Shown here piece after piece: positions 48,915 to 58,961 of a DNA stretch of 64,000 bases. Both the position numbers and the translations under genes were made by a program. Numbering within the stretch: position 1 is the stretch's first letter; the number at the start of each line of letters is the position of its first letter. The DNA lies in contig CAZUDQ010000007.1 of assembly GCA_964619365.1 (NCBI GenBank), positions 1-64,000 of the forward strand, in the 5' to 3' direction. The notes under the pieces are model-generated. The model saw nothing but the letters and a program-made list of their open reading frames with translations, was not told the DNA's origin and made no database searches. This DNA comes from an uncultured archaeon (GTDB lineage: Archaea > Altiarchaeota > Altiarchaeia > JAFGQM01).

Positions 48915-48980
48915 TTAAAGTAAGAAAATCTTACCTCGCATCATCCCCCAGATGGGTGGGGTAAGAAAATCTTACTTTAA
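48915..48980. repeat. 66-bp hairpin element bounded by two GTAAGAAAATCTTAC palindromes
   Basis: ttaaagtaaga...tcttactttaa terminal inverted repeats; motif copies at 48920-48934 and 48961-48975. Confidence 0.8.
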
Positions 48981-49048
48981 TATTTTTTTCTTTTTTACTC
49001 TTTTTCTTTTAACAAGTTTTTACATTCCTAACCCTTAGATTAAGCGCT

Positions 49049-50797
49049 ATGGAATTCTTGGCTGTTGCAGAGGCGTTTGACAAGCTTGAGGCTACCGCAT
49101 CCCGCCTGGAGATGACAGATATCCTAGCTGAGCTCTTTAGTTCTGCCCCCCCTGAAGAAGTGGGTAAGATATCTTATCTTTGCCTTGGGCATTTTGGTCC
49201 AGAATATGACGAGCGCGTCTTGGGTCTGGGGGATAAGATTATGCTCAAGGCGATTGCCATGGCAACGCACAGATTAGCTTCAGACGTCGATAAGAAGTTT
49301 AAGGAGCTTGGCGACCTGGGTCTTGTTGCAGAGGATATGATGAGTTCTGGAAAGGGCTTTTCCCTGGCTGCATTTACAGGTGAGAAAAGGGATAAGATAA
49401 CTGTATCGCGGCTTTTTGCATCACTTGATAAAATTTCGAAGGCGTCCGGGCAAAAAAGCCAGGACCAAAAAATTAAGCTTATTGCAGGTCTTCTTGCAGA
49501 CGCTAGTGGCACTGAAGCAAAGTATATTGTTAGAATCGGCCTTGAGACTATGCGCCTTGGAACGGCTGTCATGACCCTTCTTGATGCTCTTGCCCAGGTC
49601 TATTGCGGCGACAGAAAAGAACGTCCAAAAATAGAGTGGGCCTATAACATATCAAGTGATATCGGACTTATTGCAACGACTCTTGGGACTGGCGGCCTTA
49701 AGGCCGTTGAGAAAATAGAACCCACTGTCGGGCGCCCGATAAAGATGATGGCGGCTCAAAGGGTAACTGAGCTTGAACTCATCCCTGAAAAGATGCCAAA
49801 GTACGCAATAGAAGGGAAGTATGACGGCGAGCGGGCCCAAATCCATAAAGACGGCAGTAGTGTAAAGATATTTTCCCGAAGGCTTGATGAGATAACAGAC
49901 CAGTATCCTGATGTCGTCGAGTACGTAAAATCCGGAGTCAAGGAGAAATCTGTAATTCTTGAAGGGGAGATTGTCGCAATCAAGGGTGAGAAGCTAATGC
50001 CCTTCCAGTACCTCATGCAAAGAAAACGAAAGTATGACATAAGGGAATACGTAGCTAAGATTCCTGTAAAAGTATTCCTCTTTGACGTCCTTTACGCAAA
50101 AGGCAAGAGTGTTATGGGTAAGAATTACCCCGATAGAAGAAAACTGCTTGAAGATATGGTCGTCCCTTCAAAAAACCTTGGAACTTCAATCAGAATAATT
50201 CCAAATAACCTTGAGGAAGTCCAAGACTTCTTTGAAAAAGGCCTTGCCCATGGTACTGAAGGCATAATGGCAAAGTCGCTTGGGGAGGATTCCATTTACC
50301 GTGCAGGCGCGCGTGCATGGCTTTGGATAAAATGGAAAAAAGATTATCTTGAGGGGGAAATTGATACTTTTGACCTTGTCCTGCTTGGTGCTATTAAGGG
50401 TACTGGAAAAAGGACGGGGAAATACGGAACTGTAATTGCCGCGACTTGGAACCCTGAACGTGACATCTTTGAGAGTTTCTGCAAAATTGGGACAGGCTTT
50501 ACTGATGAGACGCTTGACGGCATGCCTGAGAAATTCAAGAAAATCGAGACTAAAAATAAGCCTAAAAACGTAGAATGCGAGCTTGATGCCGACATCTGGT
50601 TTGTGCCTGAGATTGTCCTTGAAGTATCTGGCGCTGAGATTACTGAGTCCCCACTTCATGCGTGTGCCAAGACCGAACTTAGAAAGGGTCTCTCGCTTCG
50701 TTTCCCACGCTTTAAGCAGTATAGGGAAAACAAGTCTGCAGAGCAGGCGACAACAACTGCTGAAGTGATATCAATGTATGAAGGTGCAAAGAATTAG
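49049..50797 (+). CDS. lig: ATP-dependent DNA ligase (archaeal type)
   Basis: EGKYDGERAQIH, EGIMAK, WIKWKKDY, SLRFPRF. Confidence 0.97.
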   Translation: MEFLAVAEAFDKLEATASRLEMTDILAELFSSAPPEEVGKISYLCLGHFGPEYDERVLGLGDKIMLKAIAMATHRLASDVDKKFKELGDLGLVAEDMMSSGKGFSLAAFTGEKRDKITVSRLFASLDKISKASGQKSQDQKIKLIAGLLADASGTEAKYIVRIGLETMRLGTAVMTLLDALAQVYCGDRKERPKIEWAYNISSDIGLIATTLGTGGLKAVEKIEPTVGRPIKMMAAQRVTELELIPEKMPKYAIEGKYDGERAQIHKDGSSVKIFSRRLDEITDQYPDVVEYVKSGVKEKSVILEGEIVAIKGEKLMPFQYLMQRKRKYDIREYVAKIPVKVFLFDVLYAKGKSVMGKNYPDRRKLLEDMVVPSKNLGTSIRIIPNNLEEVQDFFEKGLAHGTEGIMAKSLGEDSIYRAGARAWLWIKWKKDYLEGEIDTFDLVLLGAIKGTGKRTGKYGTVIAATWNPERDIFESFCKIGTGFTDETLDGMPEKFKKIETKNKPKNVECELDADIWFVPEIVLEVSGAEITESPLHACAKTELRKGLSLRFPRFKQYRENKSAEQATTTAEVISMYEGAKN

Positions 50798-51351
50798 GGT
50801 CTGCTCATTTTTGCCATATCCTCGTAAGTCTTAATTACCGTTCCGTGATATGGGTGCCTCATAGAATCTGCCATTAGCTCTTTTGAATGATTCTCAAGCT
50901 GTTTTTTATCGAGCGTGCTATTAAACTTCATAAATTTCTTAAATCCTCTTTCTGAAGGGAAATTGCGTCTAAGCTGTGCAAGTCTAAATGCGTTTTCAGG
51001 ACCGACGTTGTGATACTTAAGAACTTCATTTGTTGTTTTTATGCTGTGAACATTATTTGCTCTTGCAACAAGCTGCAAGTCCTTTGCCGTTTTGACTTTA
51101 GGATGGCTTGCAGCGGCTTCAGTTTCTTCTGGATGATTCTGGACAATGTAACGTGTGAAATGTTCAAGGCTTGCGCCGTCTATTTTTCCACTATAAAGCT
51201 TGTGCTGCTTGCTTGCCGCATTTACCGCGTCTGCCCCCCATGAATCCTGAAGCCTTCTGACTTCCGGGTTGCTTACTACCATTGGTTTTTTCCTAAAGAA
51301 AAATCCAAAAAAGCCTCTTTTTTTAGGGGCTCTTTGTTTTGGTTTTGGCAT
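50794..51351 (-). CDS. Basic orphan protein
   Basis: Starts MPKPKQRAPKKRGFFGFFFRKKP; His/Lys-rich. Confidence 0.65.
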   Translation of the reverse strand: MPKPKQRAPKKRGFFGFFFRKKPMVVSNPEVRRLQDSWGADAVNAASKQHKLYSGKIDGASLEHFTRYIVQNHPEETEAAASHPKVKTAKDLQLVARANNVHSIKTTNEVLKYHNVGPENAFRLAQLRRNFPSERGFKKFMKFNSTLDKKQLENHSKELMADSMRHPYHGTVIKTYEDMAKMSRP

Positions 51352-51464
51352 TTGTTTTCAATTAAGTTTACAATAAAAGGGATAAAAGCTAAGCTTTTAT
51401 TCAACAAGAAGCAAAATCGCAAACTTTTAAAATGGGTTCGGGGGGATATTTTTGTTCTCAATAA

Positions 51465-52349
51465 TCACATAGCTCTTAGTTTCTCAATTCTTTGTTCTAT
51501 TGGCGGGTGTGTCGCAAAAAGCGAGTTAAGGGCGCTGTGTTTTGGGTCTGCGATATAAAGGTGGGATACTGCGTCACTTACCTTTTTGTTTCCCTTGTTA
51601 AGCTTTGCTATCTTCTCTAGAGCTGAGGCGAGCCCGGGCGGGTATCTTGTTATCTTTGCTGCTGTGGCGTCAGCCAAAAACTCGCGCTTTCTTGATATTG
51701 AAAGCTGGACAAGCCTGACTACTATTGGGGCGATGACGGCAAACAATATTGCGACAAGAAGTATTATGCCATTGTCGTCACGCCTGCCGCCGCCAAATAT
51801 CATCCCGCGAAGGAAGGTCTGCCCGATTATTGCAACAAGACCGACAAAGACTGCGACAAGAAGCATATAGCGGATATCGTAGTTTCCGATATGGCTCATC
51901 TCGTGGGCAAGAACACCTTCAAGCTCCTGGCGGTTTAGCTTTTCGAGCGCGCCTTTTGTAACTGCAATTGATGCATGCGCAGGGTCTCTTCCAGTAGCAT
52001 ATGCGTTTATGTCTTTGTCAGGTAGTATGTAGACTTTTGGAACAGGAATTCCTGAGGCCAGCGCAAGCCCTTCAACAGCATTCATCAAATAAAGGTTTTT
52101 TCCGGGTTCAGCAAGCTTTGCTTTTGTTGACCTAAGGACGACTGAATCGCCTTTGTAATAAGAGAATACAGCATCGACTATGACAAGAGCGGCAAGTATC
52201 GGCAAGATTAGGTACATCCAGCCCGGCGCAAATGCCTGGGCAATTACCCACAAAAGAATCGCAACTATGACTAGGACTATTATCACAAGAAAGATTGAAT
52301 CCCTCTTGTTCTTCCCTATCTCAGTATAGAAATTTATCTTTGCTGACAT
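51465..52349 (-). CDS. htpX: HtpX-like M48 zinc metalloprotease
   Basis: INAYATG, LAHEMSH, REFLAD, FATHPP. Confidence 0.93.
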   Translation of the reverse strand: MSAKINFYTEIGKNKRDSIFLVIIVLVIVAILLWVIAQAFAPGWMYLILPILAALVIVDAVFSYYKGDSVVLRSTKAKLAEPGKNLYLMNAVEGLALASGIPVPKVYILPDKDINAYATGRDPAHASIAVTKGALEKLNRQELEGVLAHEMSHIGNYDIRYMLLVAVFVGLVAIIGQTFLRGMIFGGGRRDDNGIILLVAILFAVIAPIVVRLVQLSISRKREFLADATAAKITRYPPGLASALEKIAKLNKGNKKVSDAVSHLYIADPKHSALNSLFATHPPIEQRIEKLRAM

Positions 52350-52382
52350 CTAAACCTTGTTTTTTAACAAAAAAACTGTCCC

Positions 52383-52943
52383 TTAGTCGAACTTGACTTT
52401 TGGGACTGCCTTCTCGCTTTCTTCAATCTCAAAATAAGGTTGTTGAGTTCTTGAGCCTGCAAACCAAACGCCGGGGATCGTCTGAATGACGTTGTTATAA
52501 TTTAGCGCCGCATCGTTGTAGAACTGGCGTGCGTATGCAATCTTGCTTTCAATGCCATCAAGCTGCTCCTGGAAAGTCCTGAAGTTCTCACTTGCCTTAA
52601 GGTCCGGATAATTTTCAGCGACTGCAAAAAGGCTTTTAAGGGCTCCTGTCAGTTGGTTGTTTGCTGCGGCTTTCTTTTCTACGGTCTGAGCGCCAAGGAT
52701 TGCAGAGCGCGCTTTTGTGACTTCATAGAACACAGTCTTTTCGTGCTTAGCATAAGCCTTGACCGTCTCAACAAGATTCGGAACAAGGTCTGTCCTCTTT
52801 TTGAGTTGGACGTTAATTTGTGCCCATGCATTTTTTGTCGTGTTAAAAGACCTTACAATCTTGTTCTTGTAGTATATCACGATTAAAATCGCGATTCCTG
52901 CGATAATTAGTATCGCTATTAAGAGCCACATTATTGCGTCCAT
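52383..52943 (-). CDS. lemA: LemA family protein
   Basis: [33 protein letters not shown]. Confidence 0.95.
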   Translation of the reverse strand: MDAIMWLLIAILIIAGIAILIVIYYKNKIVRSFNTTKNAWAQINVQLKKRTDLVPNLVETVKAYAKHEKTVFYEVTKARSAILGAQTVEKKAAANNQLTGALKSLFAVAENYPDLKASENFRTFQEQLDGIESKIAYARQFYNDAALNYNNVIQTIPGVWFAGSRTQQPYFEIEESEKAVPKVKFD

Positions 52944-52944
52944 T

Positions 52945-53601
52945 TTATTTTTTTGATTTTTTGTTTTTAGCTTTATATGGATTTGCCTTGGCGTATTCAC
53001 CCGCGGCGGCAACAAGGTTTGTCGAGACAAATTCAGAATCCGGTCTTGTTAAAAGGTAGAAATAGCTGATAAGGCCTATTATTAGCGCACCTATGCCGTC
53101 AACGACAAGATCTCCCATGGTGTCATCGTTTCCGTGCTGAAGGTCCTGGTCGAAGAATAAGTCGCCTGTGTACTCGCCAATCTCCCAGATTACACCAAAT
53201 GAGATTGTAAGAAGAACAACAAATATCACCATAAGCTCCCTGCTCATCCTAAGGCTCGTGTAGCGGTTAAGGATATATACTAATGTGAATGCAAGGACTG
53301 CAATTGTCGCGCATGATGTAAAGTGGGCAATCTTGTCAAATCCTGGGATTGTTATATACCAGCCATTGACATTTCCTACCTGATGCAAATAAAGGGCAAT
53401 TGTTATTACCAAGGTAAGTGCAACAGGAAGCTGCATCTTCATATCGCGCTGGACTATTGCCGGGATAAAAGTCACAAAGAGTGAGAAGAGACCCCACCCT
53501 ACCCAGAACCACTCGCCAAAGAAGGCGGCGCTAGCGCAAGAGATAAGAATTAATATCTGAAGTATTACGACAATTATTCTTCCAGTCTCATTCCAGTCCA
53601 T
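52945..53601 (-). CDS. DUF2238-like membrane protein
   Basis: [21 protein letters not shown] motifs; multi-TM. Confidence 0.8.
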   Translation of the reverse strand: MDWNETGRIIVVILQILILISCASAAFFGEWFWVGWGLFSLFVTFIPAIVQRDMKMQLPVALTLVITIALYLHQVGNVNGWYITIPGFDKIAHFTSCATIAVLAFTLVYILNRYTSLRMSRELMVIFVVLLTISFGVIWEIGEYTGDLFFDQDLQHGNDDTMGDLVVDGIGALIIGLISYFYLLTRPDSEFVSTNLVAAAGEYAKANPYKAKNKKSKK

Positions 53602-53636
53602 CTTAAAGTTATTTGTTTGGCAAATATAAAGGGAGC

Positions 53637-55694
53637 TTAAGTCTTAAATACCCACTTGTGGCTTCCTATGAAATTCACGCCAAAGACAAGAAGCATCGCC
53701 ACGACTTCTGAAAGCAGGTAATTGACGTCCCATGAAAGTAGGACTGAGAATATCCCCATGTTAAGGGCAAATGTGGCGACATTAAGTGCAACATACTTTG
53801 CAAACATGCGACCGTTGCTGTTAAGCCGCGCGTCTGAAAAGCCCCATGAGTGGTTTAGTGCATAGCTAAAGACTGTCGAACATAGAAGAGAGAAGAAAAG
53901 CGGTGTTAAGCCTGAACCGAAAACAAAGTTTGTAAAAGCATAAAGGAGTATTAAGTTTAGTATTGATGCGAAGAGGCTCACAAGCCCGTACTTGACGAAT
54001 TTTATGAAGTCGTGGTTCTTCCAGTTGAAGTACTTGCACTCAGGGTCAACGGCCTTGACCATATCAACAATCATATCTTTTGACTGCCCTGCGTACGGGC
54101 GCTTTCCAAATTTCATTTTGCCGGCGGCCCGATGCATGAAAATCCCTGAGGCAAGACAAACGATACCACCCAATAAAAAGAGGTACATACCGATTCCAAC
54201 GCCCCAGTTAACAGTCGCATTGATTTGTCCGCCAAGCGACATGGATTCAGTTCCTCCAAAGACTCCCTTTGAAAGAATCTCCGGAATAAGATCTGCTTCA
54301 AAATCAAGCACCATGCTGTTTGAATCGGCTGGCAAAATGACTTCAAGGGATGAGAAAACAGATATTATGAGAAGAAAGATTATTATTGAAAGAACGCCGA
54401 CAGAAAGGAAATGGCGCGAGAGTATCTGGCCGCTTTTTGCGACAACCACGTCAAGAAGCATGACGACAAGAAAACCTATGAATATCAGGCCAAATGGTAT
54501 TGGAAAATTAAAGACTGTGACCATCCCGGTCTCACCAAGCCCGTTTACAGAAAGGCCGTTTATCCCGCCAAAAGATACCAGGTGCGCTGATTCGCCTGCC
54601 CCATAGCGCCCGCCAGTGATATTTATTGAGACGTCATACCAAGAAAGACCCACTCCCAAAAGGAGAACTGCCATTGCAATTATCCCTATTACCAAGGGTT
54701 TTTTAAAGGGATTTGAAAAGAAGAGATCGACCTGCAATCCTATTGTATAATAAATCTTTGGTATGTGATATAATTTCCACGCACAAACCGCTGATAAGAA
54801 GATGAGGAAAAATAACCATAAATTGTATAAAAACCAGTTCCAGAACTCGTATTGGGCCGACGGGACTTTCTGCTCCATTGCCCAGCCTGCCGGGTCGTCC
54901 CATGCGTCTTTATTGGTGATTATGTGTGGCGGTCCAAATGGTCCGCTCACTTCAGAAAGGGGACTCGTATCATTTAGTATTTTGCCCCAGCGCCCGCCGT
55001 ATAAAAGCCATTTGTTAGAAGCATTATCTTCCTCTATAAAAAATATTTCGGCTTTTTCGGGACTTATCACGTCTCCATTTCCTGCGACCTCGTCGTTCCT
55101 TAATCCAAATTGCCCGTTATAGCTGTGAAAATAACTTGTGTGTGAGCCTTTTGCCGGATAAAGAACCGGGTTTCCATTCTGTTTTTCAACTGCGTCCCAG
55201 GCAAGCCTTTGCCCTGAATTATCCTGCATATAAGCGGCCCATACTGGTTCGCCGTTTTCGAAGAGGAATGTGACCATCTCCCAGTCTCCCTCGTGTTTTG
55301 CAACAGAGCCGTCGTCATAAGGGTAATAGAACCAATACTGGAGGGCAGTTGTTCCATTGCCATAATCGACTTTGCGCGCATAATAAGTAATTTTGGGCGT
55401 ATTTGCAGAGTAGAATTCCTCGATGTCCCCCAAATCTCCAAGAACTGTCGTTATGTAATAGTCAGGCCCGGAATAAGGAGCCATTATGCTTGTTTCTATC
55501 GGAGCGCCGTCAATTATGGTCCCGTTTATGATGAGGTTGGAGTTATTAAGGGCAAAATCGATTGGAGTTGCAAAAAACGTCTCCTCCATATTATATTTTA
55601 TGACAGGAGCATATTCCTCAATAGGGCTTGCAAGGATTCCTGCCGGGAGGATGAGTAAGAGCGCTACTAGCATTAATGTGACTTGTCGTTTCAT
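53637..55694 (-). CDS. Vps62/NPP1-like extracellular domain + multi-TM region + C-terminal GtrA-like domain
   Basis: YAPVIK, LQYWFYYPYD, HEGDWE, YGGRWG, GPFGP; C-terminal FVKYGLVS...NFIGSHKWVFK GtrA pattern. Confidence 0.75.
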   Translation of the reverse strand: MKRQVTLMLVALLLILPAGILASPIEEYAPVIKYNMEETFFATPIDFALNNSNLIINGTIIDGAPIETSIMAPYSGPDYYITTVLGDLGDIEEFYSANTPKITYYARKVDYGNGTTALQYWFYYPYDDGSVAKHEGDWEMVTFLFENGEPVWAAYMQDNSGQRLAWDAVEKQNGNPVLYPAKGSHTSYFHSYNGQFGLRNDEVAGNGDVISPEKAEIFFIEEDNASNKWLLYGGRWGKILNDTSPLSEVSGPFGPPHIITNKDAWDDPAGWAMEQKVPSAQYEFWNWFLYNLWLFFLIFLSAVCAWKLYHIPKIYYTIGLQVDLFFSNPFKKPLVIGIIAMAVLLLGVGLSWYDVSINITGGRYGAGESAHLVSFGGINGLSVNGLGETGMVTVFNFPIPFGLIFIGFLVVMLLDVVVAKSGQILSRHFLSVGVLSIIIFLLIISVFSSLEVILPADSNSMVLDFEADLIPEILSKGVFGGTESMSLGGQINATVNWGVGIGMYLFLLGGIVCLASGIFMHRAAGKMKFGKRPYAGQSKDMIVDMVKAVDPECKYFNWKNHDFIKFVKYGLVSLFASILNLILLYAFTNFVFGSGLTPLFFSLLCSTVFSYALNHSWGFSDARLNSNGRMFAKYVALNVATFALNMGIFSVLLSWDVNYLLSEVVAMLLVFGVNFIGSHKWVFKT

Positions 55695-55759
55695 GTCTGC
55701 TTTATTTTTAGTTTTTGTTATCAAAAAGTTTTAGTTTGCAGTTTAGTATAATAAAGGCA

Positions 55760-56617
55760 ATGTCTAAAAGCCCTAAATTAAAACCCTGGAAAAAGCCCTT
55801 GCGTGCTCAGGATATATTATTCGATGCCCTTTTGGTCTTTGCTGTTGCCGTATTCATTGTTATAATCTATGCTGTTGCGATAGGGCCTTACTCGCTTTGC
55901 GTTGAAACAATAGAACTCGAGCTGCCGGGTGAGTCTTGTGTGCGCTTTGCTCTTATTGCGGATCTGCATCTTACAAGCGAGTATGCTGCCGAACATGCAA
56001 AGCACGCTGCAGAGGAGATAGCAGAGCTTTCTCCCGATTATATAATAATTGATGGGGACATAATAGATTCTGAGGAGACGGGGCTAAAATATGTGGATGT
56101 CCTTAATGAATTTCCTGCAAATAAGACTATTGTCACCCTTGGGAACCATGAATACGGGTGGGCGGCAGAAAACGAGACTCTTGCAAACGAGTTTTCAGAC
56201 TGGCTTGTTGATAATGGGTTTATCCTCCTTAGAAATGAGAATATGCGAATAGAGCGAGACGAAGGCGACATCTGTCTGATTGGTGTTGATTCCCTTTGGT
56301 CTGGAAACGCGGATTTAGACAAAGCTTACGCGGGCGTCTCTAACTGTACAGAAATCCTCATTTCACATAACCCCGATATCATGTGGGAACTCGGGAATTA
56401 CTCCCCGGACATTACTCTTTCAGGCCACACACATGGTACTCAGGTTTGCGTTCCTGTGATAAACTGGGGCTTTTCCCCGTCAAACATAACTGAGAACTGC
56501 AGTCGGGGCGAATATGAAATAGAAGGAAACAGACTCTACATCACTAGGGGCCTTGGAAGTACCTACCCCATAAGGTTTAACTCAAACCCTGAGATTACGA
56601 TAATCGATGCTTGTTAG
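55760..56617 (+). CDS. Membrane-anchored calcineurin-like metallophosphoesterase (YkuE/YaeI-like)
   Basis: ADLH, GDIID, LGNHE, SHNPD, SGHTHG. Confidence 0.92.
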   Translation: MSKSPKLKPWKKPLRAQDILFDALLVFAVAVFIVIIYAVAIGPYSLCVETIELELPGESCVRFALIADLHLTSEYAAEHAKHAAEEIAELSPDYIIIDGDIIDSEETGLKYVDVLNEFPANKTIVTLGNHEYGWAAENETLANEFSDWLVDNGFILLRNENMRIERDEGDICLIGVDSLWSGNADLDKAYAGVSNCTEILISHNPDIMWELGNYSPDITLSGHTHGTQVCVPVINWGFSPSNITENCSRGEYEIEGNRLYITRGLGSTYPIRFNSNPEITIIDAC

Positions 56618-57054
56618 CGGTTTTCTTTCAGCACTTTTTTTATTATGTTCCAGCGGCGGTTCTCCTTAGACCTGTAGCTAAGCTCCCAATATAAAAAGAG
56701 GAATGCGACTGTCACCGATATCGCGCCTGAAAGCAGGTAAGGCAGAGCAAAAAGTATTGTTATTAGGATATAAACTAGTATATTTACAAGACCGACAAAA
56801 AGCAAAAGTACAAAGCGCTTGAAAAGAGGCTGGGTCCCATCCCAAAAGCGCTTTCCACCGAATCCCGCCCGCCTTGCGATAAGATATGATAATATAATTG
56901 TTATATACGCCGCAAAAAGGACTGCAAGAATCGAGTTCCCAAGAAATAATTCTGTAAAAACGACAAGAAGTATCAAGTTTGCGAGCAATGCAAAAACATA
57001 CAAGTTCAACACTTTTTTGCTGTGTGTGGTTCCTTTGCCATCCTTTTTTGCCAT
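56614..57054 (-). CDS. Small four-TM protein, GtrA-like
   Basis: Four hydrophobic helices; NLILLVVFTE resembles NLILLYAFTN of the neighbouring GtrA domain. Confidence 0.55.
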   Translation of the reverse strand: MAKKDGKGTTHSKKVLNLYVFALLANLILLVVFTELFLGNSILAVLFAAYITIILSYLIARRAGFGGKRFWDGTQPLFKRFVLLLFVGLVNILVYILITILFALPYLLSGAISVTVAFLFLYWELSYRSKENRRWNIIKKVLKENR

Positions 57055-57133
57055 TGCTTAGTTCTAAAGGGACGGAAAACAAAAAGAAGCGTCTTTGCTT
57101 TTATTCTTCCAAATCAAAATAAGAAAAGAAACA

Positions 57134-58135
57134 ATGGCAAGCCAAAAGTCTAAGGAAATCGCGCTAAAGCTTGAAGGTCTCGGCAAGAAGTACGGGGACT
57201 TTGAAGCGGTTAAGGATATTGACCTCGAAGTCTATGACGGAGAAGTATTCGGCCTTCTTGGACCAAACGGCGCAGGAAAAACGACAACAATTTCAATGAT
57301 TGTTACGATGCGCCGCCCGACAAGTGGCACAGCATCAGTCTACGGCCACGATATAATTCATGAGAAAGATGATGTCAGAGAGTGTTTGGGCATAGTCTTT
57401 CAGGACCAGACCCTTGATAAAGAGCTAACAGCTAGAGAGAACCTTGACATTCACGCAATGCTTTATGGCATCCCAAAAAAAGAAAGAGAGGCACGTATAA
57501 AAGAGCTTGTTAAGATTGTGAAACTTGAGGACAAACTTGATGAACGTGTAAAGAAATTCTCGGGTGGAATGAAACGAAGGCTTGAAATTGCAAGAAGCCT
57601 GATACATCAACCAAAAATAATATTTCTAGACGAACCCACAACAGGCCTTGATACACAGACTCGGGCCGCTATATGGGGTTACATAAAGACTCTTAATCAG
57701 GAAAAGGGAATAACGATAATTTTAACCACTCATTATATGGATGAAGCTGATGCCGCATGCAGCCGCTTGGCAATAATTGACCATGGCAAAATTGTTGCTA
57801 TGGGCTCTCCAAAGGAGCTAAAGGATGAGCTCGGGGGGGATATCATAACTATTGAGACTGCAGATTCTGAAGAATTACGGACTGCCCTTAAAAAGATGAA
57901 ATGGGCAAAATCCATTAAAGTACATGATAAGGAAATTGCAATCAAAGCTGAGAAAGGTGAAAAAAGACTTGTTGAAATTGTCAAATTGGCTGAGAAGATT
58001 GGAACAAGTATAGTCTCACTAAATCTTAGAAAGCCTACTTTAGATGATGTTTTTATCCACTACACCGGAGGGAGCATAAGGCAGCAAGCGGCAGACTCGC
58101 GTGATAATATGAAACATATGCCAATGAGGCGATAA
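57134..58135 (+). CDS. ABC-2 (DrrA-like) exporter ATP-binding subunit
   Basis: GPNGAGKTT, FSGGMKRR, LDEPTTGLD, PTLDDVFIHYTG. Confidence 0.95.
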   Translation: MASQKSKEIALKLEGLGKKYGDFEAVKDIDLEVYDGEVFGLLGPNGAGKTTTISMIVTMRRPTSGTASVYGHDIIHEKDDVRECLGIVFQDQTLDKELTARENLDIHAMLYGIPKKEREARIKELVKIVKLEDKLDERVKKFSGGMKRRLEIARSLIHQPKIIFLDEPTTGLDTQTRAAIWGYIKTLNQEKGITIILTTHYMDEADAACSRLAIIDHGKIVAMGSPKELKDELGGDIITIETADSEELRTALKKMKWAKSIKVHDKEIAIKAEKGEKRLVEIVKLAEKIGTSIVSLNLRKPTLDDVFIHYTGGSIRQQAADSRDNMKHMPMRR

Positions 58136-58149
58136 GCATTAAGCAGACT

Positions 58150-58923
58150 ATGGAAAAAAGACACGAACTTGAAGGCGTTTATGCCCTTTGGAAAAGGGAG
58201 ATAATAAACTATTTCCGCGCGCACTCAAGGATAATCGGAAGCGTCGGGATGCCGCTATTCATATTCATAATTCTTGGTTCGGGGCTGACTGGAGTCATTG
58301 ACTCAAGCGCGATTCCAGGTGGGGAAGATTACTTAACATTCCTGGCTCCAGGAATTATTGCAATGAGCCTTATGTTTGCTTCAACCATGGCTGGCGTTAT
58401 TGTCATAATGGACAGGCAGTTTGGTTTCTTAAAAGAGACTCTTGTGGCGCCCATCAGACGAGTTTCTATTGTTACTGGAAAGGCTCTAGGTGGCGCTACG
58501 ACCTCAATGATTCAGGGGACAATCGTTCTTTGTGTAGCTCTCCTTGTCGGGGCGAATATTGAGATTCTGGCAATAATCCCTGCAATGATATTCATGTTCC
58601 TTGTGGCAACGATGTTTGTAACTCTTGGAATAGCAATCGCCTCAACAATGGAGGATTTTCAAGGCTTCCAGCTGATTATAACTTTCCTTGTGATGCCTAT
58701 GTTCTTTTTGTCAGGTGCCATGTTCCCGCTTGATTCTGCGCCTGAGGCACTGCAGATCGCCGCGTACCTTGACCCTTTGACTTATGCTGTTGAAGGCCTA
58801 AGGGACCTTTTGACAAGTGCTGAAGGACAAATACCGTTTTACATCTGTCTTGGTATAATACTTCTTTTTGATGTGATATTCTCAGCAATCGCAATCCGAC
58901 AGTTTAGCAGGATAGAAGAATAA
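58150..58923 (+). CDS. ABC-2 exporter permease
   Basis: FLAPGII, DRQFGFLKE.LVAP, PMFFLSGAMFP, PLTYAVEGLR. Confidence 0.95.
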   Translation: MEKRHELEGVYALWKREIINYFRAHSRIIGSVGMPLFIFIILGSGLTGVIDSSAIPGGEDYLTFLAPGIIAMSLMFASTMAGVIVIMDRQFGFLKETLVAPIRRVSIVTGKALGGATTSMIQGTIVLCVALLVGANIEILAIIPAMIFMFLVATMFVTLGIAIASTMEDFQGFQLIITFLVMPMFFLSGAMFPLDSAPEALQIAAYLDPLTYAVEGLRDLLTSAEGQIPFYICLGIILLFDVIFSAIAIRQFSRIEE

Positions 58924-58961
58924 GCATCTTGGTTTATCTTCGTCTAAGGGCTAATCAAAAC

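Noticed and set aside
53992-54606. Long antisense ORFs in the track (e.g. 204 aa here, 197 aa at 16221-16814, 167 aa at 12712-13215)
   Set aside because: They lie opposite well-supported genes and have Ser/Pro/Ile-rich shadow composition.
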